Origin: Clostridia bacterium
GTDB lineage: Bacteria > Bacillota > Clostridia > Oscillospirales > CAG-272
NCBI GenBank assembly: GCA_017399305.1
Contig: JAFQDK010000018.1
Span: 2,363 to 66,362 of the forward strand
DNA length: 64,000 nt
Direction of reading: 5' to 3'
Part shown: positions 25,125 to 33,731 of the stretch, piece after piece
Numbering within the stretch: position 1 is the stretch's first letter
Layout: the number at the start of each line of letters is the position of its first letter
Program-made: the position numbers and the translations under genes
The notes under the pieces: model-generated
Seen by the model: the letters and a program-made list of their open reading frames with translations, nothing else
What the model was told of the DNA's origin: nothing
Databases searched by the model: none

Positions 25125-25150
25125 AATATCTTCTCCTTTCAATATTTGTA

Positions 25151-25179
25151 TTGACTTTTACGCAAAAGTGTAATAAAAT
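25151..25179 (+). promoter_or_regulatory. Sigma-70-type promoter directed toward cI-like gene
   Basis: TTGACT (25151-25156) - 17 nt - TAAAAT (25174-25179). Confidence 0.5.
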
Positions 25180-25198
25180 GGTGTTGTCCAGACATCGC

Positions 25199-25278
25199 AC
25201 TATTACAGTTTTGTGTAACCCTATGGCTACATATTACTACTTATTTCTGTAATAGTCAAGCGAAAATATTACAGTTTT
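25199..25278. promoter_or_regulatory. Operator repeats of the lysis/lysogeny switch
   Basis: TATTACAGTTTT at 25201-25212 and 25267-25278; inverted copy CTGTAATAGT 25247-25256 (reverse complement of ACTATTACAG 25199-25208). Confidence 0.6.
25231..25259 (-). promoter_or_regulatory. Sigma-70-type promoter directed toward cro-like gene
   Basis: Minus strand TTGACT (25259-25254) - 17 nt - TAATAT (25236-25231); operator copy lies in spacer/-35. Confidence 0.5.
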
Positions 25279-25318
25279 CAGTATTTCAGCGTTTTAGACA
25301 ATTGTGGGGGTAAGTAAT

Positions 25319-25675
25319 ATGTCAAAGTTGTACAATAACATTTTGTCGTTATGCGAGAATAAAGGAATTACGGGTTATCGCATGTGCAAAGAAATCGGAA
25401 TACAGCCAAGCATTTTAACAGATTTGAAAATGGGAAGAAAAGAAGGACTTTCTTCAAAAAATGCGGACAAAATCGCTCGTTACTTTGGCGTGTCGGTTGG
25501 ATATCTACTGGGAACAGACTATAGCGAAGTTGACGAAACAAAAAAATCCCCGTCCGTATCGGACGAGGATATAAAATTCGCATTATTTGGCGGCGAAGAT
25601 GAAATCACAGACGAGATGTGGCAGGCCGTAAAAGAATATGCAGAATTTATTAAAGATAAGCACGGAAAGAAATAG
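25319..25675 (+). CDS. XRE-family cI/ImmR-like repressor
   Basis: HTH GITGYRMCKEIGIQPSILTDLKMGRK; ATG 25319 follows GGGGG RBS (track start 25304 is GTG). Confidence 0.75.
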   Translation: MSKLYNNILSLCENKGITGYRMCKEIGIQPSILTDLKMGRKEGLSSKNADKIARYFGVSVGYLLGTDYSEVDETKKSPSVSDEDIKFALFGGEDEITDEMWQAVKEYAEFIKDKHGKK

Positions 25676-25684
25676 GGTGTAATA

Positions 25685-26476
25685 ATGGATACTTACATTG
25701 CATATTTTGATGAATCCGGCGACGATGGAATTTCAACGGCATCAAGCTCTTATTTCGTTCTTACAAGCATGTATATGAGCGCCGAATCTTGGCAAAGCAA
25801 CTACAACAAAATCAAAGCGTTCCGTGCTTCCTTGAAAAAATCACACGGATTTCACGCTTCCGAAGAAATGCATACAAAGCATTTACTATCCAACAAAGAA
25901 CCGTACCGCAAATATGGATGGACAAACCAACAACGGCAAGATATTATTAAATATTTTACTCTTTGTTTAGCAGAGTTGGATGTCAAATTTATAAACACTA
26001 TTATCGACAAAACAAAAATTACAACCTCTGACTATCATGTTTTGGAAAACGCTTTGAAATATAATATTCAGCGAATCGAGAACGATAGTGCCGGAAAATG
26101 GAATTATATTATCATTACCGATCAGGGAAGAATTGCACCGATGCGTAAAACCGCTCGAGCAATCCGTGCATACAATCCTATTCAATCTAAATACTCGCTT
26201 GATTTTAAAAACGAGCCTATAAATAATTTGATTGAAGACATTCTTGAAAAAGATTCAAAGGAATCATATTTTGTGCAGATGTGTGATTTTGTATCATATA
26301 TAGTACATTTATACTATAGGACACAATACAAAAAACAACCTCTCCCAAATAGAGTGGGACAGGTTGTTGACGAAAAATTTATTGGGCGAGTCATGGCAAC
26401 ATTAAAGAACTCAGGAAAACTGAATACAAAAGCAAGCAGTAGAAGCACCTACGGGCTTGTCATATACCCGAGATAA
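25685..26476 (+). CDS. DUF3800-family protein
   Basis: N-terminus YIAYFDESGDDG is the DUF3800 signature; 263 aa; 9 nt after repressor stop. Confidence 0.6.
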   Translation: MDTYIAYFDESGDDGISTASSSYFVLTSMYMSAESWQSNYNKIKAFRASLKKSHGFHASEEMHTKHLLSNKEPYRKYGWTNQQRQDIIKYFTLCLAELDVKFINTIIDKTKITTSDYHVLENALKYNIQRIENDSAGKWNYIIITDQGRIAPMRKTARAIRAYNPIQSKYSLDFKNEPINNLIEDILEKDSKESYFVQMCDFVSYIVHLYYRTQYKKQPLPNRVGQVVDEKFIGRVMATLKNSGKLNTKASSRSTYGLVIYPR

Positions 26477-26628
26477 AAGAAAACACCACCTACGAGGCAT
26501 TCGCCCTTTCAGTGGTTCAATGTAATTATACACTATTATTTACGATTTGTCAACACCATTTCACGAAAAATCTTTCGTGTTTCTGTACGATTTATTGTAC
26601 ACCCTTTGCTGTAAAATAATATCCGGAG

Positions 26629-27045
26629 GTGAATCACATGAATGTATTGAAACTTTATGACATTGCAAAAAAGCACGACATCATGGTGAACACCCGAGAT
26701 ATTCCGCCGCCATCAATGGCAATAGAGGTATGCGGTATTAAAGGTATCGCGCTCCGAAAGGACCTCACAAAAGCAGAGGAACGGTCCTATCTCTCACACG
26801 AACTCGGACACCATATAAAAGGTGCACTCTACAGCAAAGAAACACCTTGTTTCACCCGAGGGCAATGCGAACATAAAGCGAACAAGTGGGCAATACATAA
26901 ACTTATTCCGTTTCGCTCACTCTATGCAGCATTTCGCAAAGGTTATGTCGAAGTCTGGCAACTTGCCGAATACTTCGATGTAACAGAAGATTTTATATTA
27001 AAAACAATAGAGATATACAAGCAGGAAGGCAAATTGCCGATATAG
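26629..27045 (+). CDS. immA: ImmA/IrrE-family zinc metalloprotease
   Basis: HEXXH motif SHELGHHIKG; about 138 aa; lysogeny module context. Confidence 0.75.
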   Translation: MNHMNVLKLYDIAKKHDIMVNTRDIPPPSMAIEVCGIKGIALRKDLTKAEERSYLSHELGHHIKGALYSKETPCFTRGQCEHKANKWAIHKLIPFRSLYAAFRKGYVEVWQLAEYFDVTEDFILKTIEIYKQEGKLPI

Positions 27046-27069
27046 GAACATATTTAACGATGAGGTAAA

Positions 27070-27369
27070 TTGAAAATGATGGATTTTTTAATCCTTATGC
27101 TCATAACTGCAATATTATTATTTTTTGTTTTAGTAGGAATAGAATACGCAAGCAGTAAATCAAAAAGAACACGTATATTCCTCGTTTATTCAATTATTCT
27201 TGCTTTTAGCGCTTTGAACGCTTGGGTTATAACAGTAAATCAAAATAAAATCCCCATTGATTCCGTAGAAAAAGCATGGAACGATTATACAAAAGAATGT
27301 CGTGAACAACATATTTCTTGGAACGAGTTAACTTTCCCAGAATGGCTTGGCTTTAAAGCGGCAGAATAA
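27070..27369 (+). CDS. Small membrane protein
   Basis: 99 aa, two TM helices. Confidence 0.45.
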   Translation: MKMMDFLILMLITAILLFFVLVGIEYASSKSKRTRIFLVYSIILAFSALNAWVITVNQNKIPIDSVEKAWNDYTKECREQHISWNELTFPEWLGFKAAE

Positions 27370-27461
27370 CCAAAAAAATCAATTATTCTCACAAATAATT
27401 GTACTTACACTTATAATCTTTACAGCAATAGGTTTATAAGAATAACAGAAAGGAGCGTACT

Positions 27462-28583
27462 ATGCCACGCAAAAAAGCCACAAAGCGAGCCGACGGCAGA
27501 TATGTTTCAACACTTGTAGTCGGAACTGATGCAAACGGCAAGCTTGAGCGCAAATACTTCTACTCAAACAAATCGCAGACAGATGCAAACAACAAGCGTG
27601 ATGCGTATAAGGCCGAGCAGACCGCAAAAGGGCTCCTCGGTACAGCTCCCGGAGAAGCAAAAAAGGTAAAGCTTGAAACATGGGCGAGAAAATGGCTTGA
27701 AACGAAATCGGGCAAGGTAAAAGAATCAACTTTCGATACATCATACCGCCGCCCAACAGAAAGGTATATCATACCCAAACTCGGTAACCGATACATCGCC
27801 GACATCAAACCTATAGAAATTGATGCCTTTTTCACTAAACTCGGCGAAAACTATTCGCAGACTGTACTGCAGAAAACAAAGATATGTCTTTCTGCCATAT
27901 ACGATAGTGCAATAGATAATAACATATGCTATAAAAACCCTTGCAAAAATGTTGAAATAAGTAGCAAAAAGAAAAAAGGCGATAAACGGACCTATACCGA
28001 AGAACAAGTCAAAGATATCCTTGCTTTTGCAGATACCGATATGTACGGCATATATATTCGTTTACTCCTCGAACTCGGTCTTCGCTGTTCTGAACTTTGC
28101 GGCCTTAAATGGTCCGATTTCGACCTTAACAAGCGAACCGTAAACATAGAGCGAGCCGCAACTGATAATAACGGGTTAACCGTTGTTGATGTACCAAAAA
28201 GTAAAACAAGCATTCGCAGGCTTCCCTTTTCAACGGCATTATTAAACGCACTAAAGCAAATCCCCGATATAAACACCGATAAATATATTGTAGAGTCAAC
28301 CAAGACACCTAATACCCCTGTAAACCCCAAAAATTTCGCTTCTAAGCGATATAAAACTTTTTGGAACAGATACCTTGAAACAATGTCCGAAAGCGAACAG
28401 AAGACATTCCCGCTGCTGTCACCGCATGAATTAAGACATACCTGCGGCACTCTTATGTATAACCGTTCCAAAAACATCTATGCTGTATCAAAATACCTTG
28501 GTCATGCAACAGTTGATATTACATCACGATTATATGTCCACAACGATATAGATACCCTAAGAGAAAGCCTCGGAATTGAGTAA
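27462..28583 (+). CDS. int: Tyrosine recombinase (phage integrase)
   Basis: GLRCSELCGLKW (Arg box), HELRHTCGT, LGHATVDITSRLYVH (catalytic Tyr region). Confidence 0.9.
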   Translation: MPRKKATKRADGRYVSTLVVGTDANGKLERKYFYSNKSQTDANNKRDAYKAEQTAKGLLGTAPGEAKKVKLETWARKWLETKSGKVKESTFDTSYRRPTERYIIPKLGNRYIADIKPIEIDAFFTKLGENYSQTVLQKTKICLSAIYDSAIDNNICYKNPCKNVEISSKKKKGDKRTYTEEQVKDILAFADTDMYGIYIRLLLELGLRCSELCGLKWSDFDLNKRTVNIERAATDNNGLTVVDVPKSKTSIRRLPFSTALLNALKQIPDINTDKYIVESTKTPNTPVNPKNFASKRYKTFWNRYLETMSESEQKTFPLLSPHELRHTCGTLMYNRSKNIYAVSKYLGHATVDITSRLYVHNDIDTLRESLGIE

Positions 28584-28654
28584 AAAAACATATCCCTTTG
28601 TGGTCAAAATGTTGTCATACATCTCGCAAACCCTTTATTTACAAGGCTTCGTTT

Positions 28655-28681
28655 AGAGTTCAAATCTCTCCTTCTGCGCCA
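28655..28681 (+). other. tRNA 3' fragment = candidate attR core
   Basis: AGAGTTCAAATCTCTCCTTCTGCGCCA = T-loop, T-stem 3' strand, acceptor 3' strand and CCA; no matching 5' half (GCAGAAG) upstream. Confidence 0.6.
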
Positions 28682-28684
28682 AGC

Positions 28685-28714
28685 AAAAGACCAGTCCGAA
28701 TGGACTGGTCTTTT
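28685..28714 (+). terminator. Rho-independent terminator after the tRNA fragment
   Basis: AAAAGACCAGTCC-GAAT-GGACTGGTCTTTT followed by GTCTTT. Confidence 0.65.
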
Positions 28715-28841
28715 GTCTTTGTGTAGACGGTGAGTACCGAGCAGAACCTCTCGTTCAGTTTGCTTGCAAACTGATTATGACTTGCGTAGCAAGGCATTGA
28801 GAGTCTCAAATCTCTCCTACTTAGTTGCACCTCCTCTGCTT

Positions 28842-28870
28842 TTGACAACTGCACCAAAATATGTTATAAT
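28842..28870 (+). promoter_or_regulatory. Consensus sigma-70 promoter
   Basis: TTGACA (28842-28847) - 17 nt - TATAAT (28865-28870) with TG at -15/-14. Confidence 0.6.
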
Positions 28871-28897
28871 CAAGTCATCACTACAAAGGAGTACGAT

Positions 28898-29695
28898 ATG
28901 AAAAAAATATACACCGCGATCTCAAATAATCGCTTTGTTTCTTTTATAATTCTCGCGCTGTTGCTTTGCGGCATATATTCTTGTATCATGCTGAACATAG
29001 ATGCCTCATTGTGGATTTTAATTGTCGGTAATATGCTGATTCTGCTTTTCGCATACGTATTTCCCTATTCATGCACAACAAAGCTGTTGCAGGCGGTTGT
29101 TGATGAACTCAACAATAACTGTGACCCATATCCATTGCTTGATGAAACTAGAAGACAACTGGAAAGAGTGAAGGAAGGGTCTGAACAGCAGTTGCTGATG
29201 ACAAATCAATGTGCGGCGCTGATCTCGATTGGTGAGTATCAAAAAGGAATTGACCTGTTGACCTCTATAAACATTGATAAATACAGTACAACCCCTGCCA
29301 TTTTAAAATTCATTTACTACAACAACCTTGCAAGCTGTTACTGGCATATTGACGATATCGAAAACGCTGTAACCCTGAACAAAAAGGCTATCGCAATATA
29401 TAATGACTTGCCCGACACAAAAGAAAAGCACTTTTTTACATATGCAGTCAAGGACTGCCAAGCATCTGTTCTTTTCTCTGAGGGCAAATATGATGAGGCA
29501 TTAAAACTGCTTGAAGAAGCGCCTATTGAAAATGCAAGCGCGCGGATTTCCAACACATACGCACGAGCCGAAATATACATGAAAAAAGGCGAAATTGAGA
29601 TTGCCAGAAACCTGCTGAATTATGTAATCGCAAACGGAAATAAGCTATACAGCGTTGTCAGGGCAAAAGAAATGCTTGAAAAACACCAAGGCTAA
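28898..29695 (+). CDS. Membrane-anchored TPR-like protein
   Basis: Two N-terminal TM helices then TPR-like helical repeats (..GEYQKGIDLL.., ..GKYDEALKLLEEA.., ..KGEIEIARNLL..). Confidence 0.5.
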   Translation: MKKIYTAISNNRFVSFIILALLLCGIYSCIMLNIDASLWILIVGNMLILLFAYVFPYSCTTKLLQAVVDELNNNCDPYPLLDETRRQLERVKEGSEQQLLMTNQCAALISIGEYQKGIDLLTSINIDKYSTTPAILKFIYYNNLASCYWHIDDIENAVTLNKKAIAIYNDLPDTKEKHFFTYAVKDCQASVLFSEGKYDEALKLLEEAPIENASARISNTYARAEIYMKKGEIEIARNLLNYVIANGNKLYSVVRAKEMLEKHQG

Positions 29696-29793
29696 CCTTG
29701 GTGTTTTTTGTTATTGGAGGTTAGCGAAGTGAAAACATCTCCCCGCGAGATCCTTCGGTCACATACGTTCCCTCAAGGATGACAAGCGGGGGC

Positions 29794-29946
29794 TCATTCT
29801 CGGGCGTATTTCTCTGAAAGTATACGTTTGATTTTCTCTGAAAGCGTAGCTGAATCCATGTCTTTACAGTCCACACCTTCGATTTTTTCGATATCCTGTC
29901 TGCACGCTTCTATTACTGCTTTTTTTAATAATTCTTCGGAAATCAT
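29794..29946 (-). CDS. Small hypothetical protein (50 aa)
   Basis: MISEELLKKAVIEACRQDIEKIEGVDCKDMDSATLSEKIKRILSEKYARE; AAGGAG RBS; divergent from XRE gene. Confidence 0.35.
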   Translation of the reverse strand: MISEELLKKAVIEACRQDIEKIEGVDCKDMDSATLSEKIKRILSEKYARE

Positions 29947-30078
29947 AAAAATTCTCCTTATAATTCTAAGGCTAGATATTTATTACTAAGCCTTAAAACC
30001 ATTTTATCATCTTTTTGGATAAAATCAATAGAGTAGATTAATTTTATCTAAAGTAGATAATAAATATGGGGGGATTTT

Positions 30079-30342
30079 ATGCCAAAAACTTTGTTTTTAG
30101 TTCAAGGTAACATCTGTGGCGACAGAGTAAGACTCGGTCGTGCCTTGCAAAAGCCACCTATGAAACAGGTTGACCTCGCTTGCAAGATGCAACTTATGGG
30201 CATGGATATGACACCTGTAATGATTTCCAGAATTGAGAATAAAGAGCGTCACGTTTGTGATGCTGAGCTTCGTATGCTTGCCAAGGCTTTAGGCGTAACT
30301 ATGGATTGGCTCTGCGGCGACAGTGACGAAATAAAAATATAA
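30079..30342 (+). CDS. XRE-family HTH transcriptional regulator
   Basis: GDRVRLGRALQKPPMKQVDLACKM...ISRIENKERHVCDAELRMLAKALGV. Confidence 0.7.
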   Translation: MPKTLFLVQGNICGDRVRLGRALQKPPMKQVDLACKMQLMGMDMTPVMISRIENKERHVCDAELRMLAKALGVTMDWLCGDSDEIKI

Positions 30343-30345
30343 TAC

Positions 30346-30375
30346 AAAAACCGCCCTTTCGGGCGGTTTTATTTT
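30346..30375. terminator. Bidirectional rho-independent terminator
   Basis: AAAAACCGCCC-TTTC-GGGCGGTTTTATTTTT between convergent genes. Confidence 0.7.
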
Positions 30376-32399
30376 TATTCAAGTGCGCTACGGTCTGCAT
30401 AACCATTAATAGAGGTAAGGCGGTCAAGGACCTGAAGTCTGAACACATTTACCCATGATACACACCAGTCATTGAGGTGACCACTCTCGTTGCAGTTCTT
30501 GCGGTGTCCCCAACGTGCCTGATAGAATGCCTCGTTCTGTGCACCTACAGGGCGAACCTTGTCATGGAAAACATTGTTCTTTTCGTCAGCGATACACTGT
30601 GTTGCGTTATACCACATCATAACAGCACGGTCACGCCAACGCTTGTCGCCTGTGTAATCGGCAAGCCTGAGCCACTCACAGCACATAAGCTCGCCCCACT
30701 GGTCAAGCGCAGGATGCTGTACCGAAACTGCGGTAGAACCGGATGTATAATAGCCGTACTTGGTAAATTCCTTTTCAGGACCGTAGTAGCCGTCATATAC
30801 ATACATCCATGATGCAAAGTAATAAGAAGCCTTTACAGCGTATTCAAGATACTTTTCATTCTTGGTAAACTCATAGAGGTCAAGTGCCGCGATGATTACA
30901 GGACCTGCAGTTTCCTTATCCTCACAGGTACAGTCGATAGCACCTGCAGTGCAGATAAACTTATCAACGTCACGCTTCATATAGAACTCAAGCGACTTTT
31001 CTGCATACTCAAGATACTTCTTGTCGCCAAGGATTCTGTAAGCCTCGGTAAGTGCCATAGTGACAAATGCACCGATAGTGCCGCCTTCTTCAACGCATTT
31101 ACCGTCGAAGTCCCAAGCCTTGCCAAATGCAAACTTATCGCTGTAGTGGTCACAGAAGAAGTCGAGAATCTTAAGCGCGAACTCCTTGAAATCGGGACGG
31201 TCAATGCCGTTTTTGCGGAGAAGATCCCAAACCTTAAGCATTTCACAACCAGCCCAAGGAGTATTACAAGTTTCGGGAAGCCAACCTGTCTTGTAGCTTA
31301 CGTTGCTTGCCCATGACTTTGTATAGTCGCGAGGCTGAACAGTGGAGTTAAGACCCTCGGTATACCACTCCCAGTGAGCAAGAATAAGTCCAGAGGGATG
31401 CTGCTTGTCAAGCCATGTTTCGCAAACGCGGATAGCATTGTCAAGCAATGCCTTTTCGCCTGTGCGGAGATACTCAATGATGTGCATACGCGCGTTCATG
31501 ATATTCTGACCGCACCAGCCAATCTCAAAGTGAGGCACAAAGTATGGACCCTTTTCTGTGGGGTGAATACCGCTTGAGAAAAGGAGCTTGCCCTTATGCT
31601 CCATCTGAAGGAAGCGGCTGTATGCAATGCCAAGTCTCCAGATTTCGTCGGTTGTGCGGCTCTTGCCATGCGAGAACGGGAAAAGCTCAAGTGTGCGGTC
31701 AAGTGTCTGACAAATGCCGTAATTCTCCCACATCGGAACAGATGCAAGCATGAATACGGATACTGTGAACTCCTCGCCGTACTTGAGAGTTACATATGTA
31801 TGAAGAGGCTCATTGTACTTATCGTTTTCATGATAGGTGAATGGTGCCTCGGTTACAGGCCAGTAGATGCGCTGAGAAATTCTCTTGTCATCATCTGCAT
31901 AGCGCATAGAAACAGAAGAAACCATGCTGTCCTTATCCTCTGCAGATGCAAAGAGAGAGAATGAAACATCCTTGGTTTCAGTCAGTGAACAAGAAGGAAT
32001 TGATGTGCGCTCAAAAGAATGAATCCAAGGTTCGCCGTTTTCGTGATAAAGTCCCTTAGGCTCATTACCGTCGCCGAAAACGTTGCCGTTATAGCTTACA
32101 CAGGGGATGAGGTAGCGTGCAGGAACATATGACGTAACAGTTTCAAAAATAACTTTTACAATACGAGTGGTATAGCCCTCGTTTTTAATTGTTCTTGTAA
32201 TTTTAAAGAGACCCTCGCCGAGGTCGCTTACAGTCTCGGTTGCGGAAAAGCCGTGACCAGTGTAGCCCTCGCCCTCTTCTGCTTTGGCAAGAATAAACTC
32301 TTTGCCGTTTTCCTCAACTATAGGAGCAGAGATTTTTACAATAGCATTTTCAGATGTCTCGGACATGGAGAATGCCGAGCCGTTCTTTACAATATACAT
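30375..32399 (-). CDS. Large cytoplasmic protein, possibly (alpha/alpha)-toroid glycoside-hydrolase-like
   Basis: 674 aa, no signal peptide; helical-repeat C-terminal half rich in W/Y (GAFVTMALTEAYRILGDKKYLEYAEKSLEFY); family not recognised. Confidence 0.35.
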   Translation of the reverse strand: MYIVKNGSAFSMSETSENAIVKISAPIVEENGKEFILAKAEEGEGYTGHGFSATETVSDLGEGLFKITRTIKNEGYTTRIVKVIFETVTSYVPARYLIPCVSYNGNVFGDGNEPKGLYHENGEPWIHSFERTSIPSCSLTETKDVSFSLFASAEDKDSMVSSVSMRYADDDKRISQRIYWPVTEAPFTYHENDKYNEPLHTYVTLKYGEEFTVSVFMLASVPMWENYGICQTLDRTLELFPFSHGKSRTTDEIWRLGIAYSRFLQMEHKGKLLFSSGIHPTEKGPYFVPHFEIGWCGQNIMNARMHIIEYLRTGEKALLDNAIRVCETWLDKQHPSGLILAHWEWYTEGLNSTVQPRDYTKSWASNVSYKTGWLPETCNTPWAGCEMLKVWDLLRKNGIDRPDFKEFALKILDFFCDHYSDKFAFGKAWDFDGKCVEEGGTIGAFVTMALTEAYRILGDKKYLEYAEKSLEFYMKRDVDKFICTAGAIDCTCEDKETAGPVIIAALDLYEFTKNEKYLEYAVKASYYFASWMYVYDGYYGPEKEFTKYGYYTSGSTAVSVQHPALDQWGELMCCEWLRLADYTGDKRWRDRAVMMWYNATQCIADEKNNVFHDKVRPVGAQNEAFYQARWGHRKNCNESGHLNDWCVSWVNVFRLQVLDRLTSINGYADRSALE

Positions 32400-32523
32400 A
32401 TCGTGCCTCCATATATATTTATATTTCTAATTTAACATTATATAGTTGAAATTGCAAGAAAACTTTTAAAAATCAAACATCTTGTTAAGAAAATCTGTGA
32501 TTTTTGCAATAAGAGTCAAAAAA

Positions 32524-32558
32524 AGAAATATCCCTCCGTCAAACGGAGGGATATTTCT
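32524..32558 (-). terminator. Terminator downstream of tRNA-Leu
   Basis: AGAAATATCCCTCCG-TCAAA-CGGAGGGATATTTCT flanked by A/T runs. Confidence 0.65.
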
Positions 32559-32563
32559 TTTTT

Positions 32564-32650
32564 TGGTGCCGGTAGTCGGGGTCGAACCGACACGGTATCG
32601 CTACCATCGGATTTTGAGTCCGACACGTCTGCCAATTCCATCATACCGGC
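32564..32650 (-). tRNA. tRNA-Leu (CAA)
   Basis: GCCGGTATGATGGAATTGGCAGACGTGTCGGACTCAAAATCCGATGGTAGCGATACCGTGTCGGTTCGACCCCGACTACCGGCACCA; type-II long variable arm, anticodon loop CTCAAAA. Confidence 0.9.
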
Positions 32651-32781
32651 GTGCACTCATTGAGTATACCACACATTTTATAAAAATGCAAGCATTTTTT
32701 CAAAAGCTAAAAAACAAGTTTCATTGACAAATTTTCATTTTGTGATATACTAAAATATAACAAATTACTACAGGAGATATC

Positions 32782-33720
32782 ATGAAAAAGTATATATATA
32801 TCTGCGTTTCTGCCGCACTTTTAGTTGCGCTTGCGTCATGCGGCGGTGAAACAAAAACACCTACTACAACCGATATAACTACAACAGAAATGCCGGAAAT
32901 AATTGAGCCTATTGTTGTTACTACCTCAGCACCAACCACAGAAATAACAACAGAAACTACCCCTGTTGAAACCACAACCGAAACTACCACCGTGACTACT
33001 ACTGTGACTACCGCCGAGGCGACAACAACTGAAACTACCACCGTGACAACCGCTACTACTCCCGAAACTACTGTGACTACCGCACAGACAACGACCGCAA
33101 CAACTACCAAAGAACCTGAGGTAACCTACAGTGCTCCTGTCGCATCTGTACTCCCGGGTGAATATACATACGGCGGTGCGCCTACAATAGAAACAATCGA
33201 CGGTTTTACTTATGTCAACGGTATTCTCATTGCAAACAAGACCTACTCCATGCCTGATACATTTGACCCGGGTTATCTCAATCCCGATGCGTACGCCGCG
33301 TTCGAGCAGATGAAATCTGCTGCCGCAAATGACGGCATCACACTTAAAATAATCTCGGGCTACCGCTCATATTCGCATCAGACAAGAACATACAACCGCT
33401 ATGTTTCAAGAGACGGTCAGGCAGCTGCAGACAGATACTCTGCACGCCCAGGTCACTCCGAACATCAGACAGGGCTTGCCATGGATATAAACTCGCTTGA
33501 GCAGAGCTTTGGCGAAACACCTGAAGGAATCTGGTTGGCAGAGCACTGCGCTGAATACGGCTTTATCATAAGATATCCTAAGGAAAAAGAAGTAGAAACA
33601 GGATTTATGTATGAGCCATGGCATATCCGCTATCTCGGAAAAGATATTGCCGCTGCTGTAAAAGGAAGCGGTCTTTGTCTTGAAGAATATCTCGGCATTA
33701 CATCCGTTTATCAGAATTGA
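32782..33720 (+). CDS. VanY/M15-family D-Ala-D-Ala carboxypeptidase lipoprotein with Thr-rich linker
   Basis: Lipobox LASCGG; about 85-aa Thr/Glu/Val linker; SGYRSY, GHSEHQTGLAMD, EPWHIRYLG metal-site motifs. Confidence 0.8.
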   Translation: MKKYIYICVSAALLVALASCGGETKTPTTTDITTTEMPEIIEPIVVTTSAPTTEITTETTPVETTTETTTVTTTVTTAEATTTETTTVTTATTPETTVTTAQTTTATTTKEPEVTYSAPVASVLPGEYTYGGAPTIETIDGFTYVNGILIANKTYSMPDTFDPGYLNPDAYAAFEQMKSAAANDGITLKIISGYRSYSHQTRTYNRYVSRDGQAAADRYSARPGHSEHQTGLAMDINSLEQSFGETPEGIWLAEHCAEYGFIIRYPKEKEVETGFMYEPWHIRYLGKDIAAAVKGSGLCLEEYLGITSVYQN

Positions 33721-33731
33721 AAGGAGAAGCC

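Larger units (their letters stand above)
1..28681. mobile_element. Integrated temperate phage (prophage); right junction attR inside window, left end beyond position 1
   Basis: Contiguous minus-strand virion, packaging, recombination/replication and DGR modules, then cro/cI-like switch, ImmA, tyrosine integrase and a tRNA 3' fragment at 28655-28681. Confidence 0.85.

Noticed and set aside
27460-28477. Several 88-161-aa minus-strand ORFs inside the integrase gene
   Set aside because: They are antisense to a full-length tyrosine recombinase with all catalytic boxes, and have no RBS or motifs.
28730-28826. A functional second tRNA next to attR
   Set aside because: The position equivalent to U8 is C. 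The candidate anticodon loop GCTTGCA lacks U33 and a purine at 37, the T-loop has 8 nt, and the first acceptor pair is mismatched. I kept it only as a possible decayed tRNA or att scar.
28660-28857. 65-aa minus-strand ORF
   Set aside because: It covers the tRNA fragment, its terminator hairpin and the hairpin-rich att-adjacent segment, with no RBS. The region is better explained as non-coding.
32721-33110. 129-aa minus-strand poly-Val ORF
   Set aside because: It is the reverse-complement artefact of the ACN-rich Thr linker of the VanY-like gene.
32860-33115. Possible CRISPR-like or tandem-repeat array
   Set aside because: The periodicity is 3 nt, it lies inside an open reading frame, and there is no repeat-spacer organisation. 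I noticed no CRISPR array anywhere in the window.
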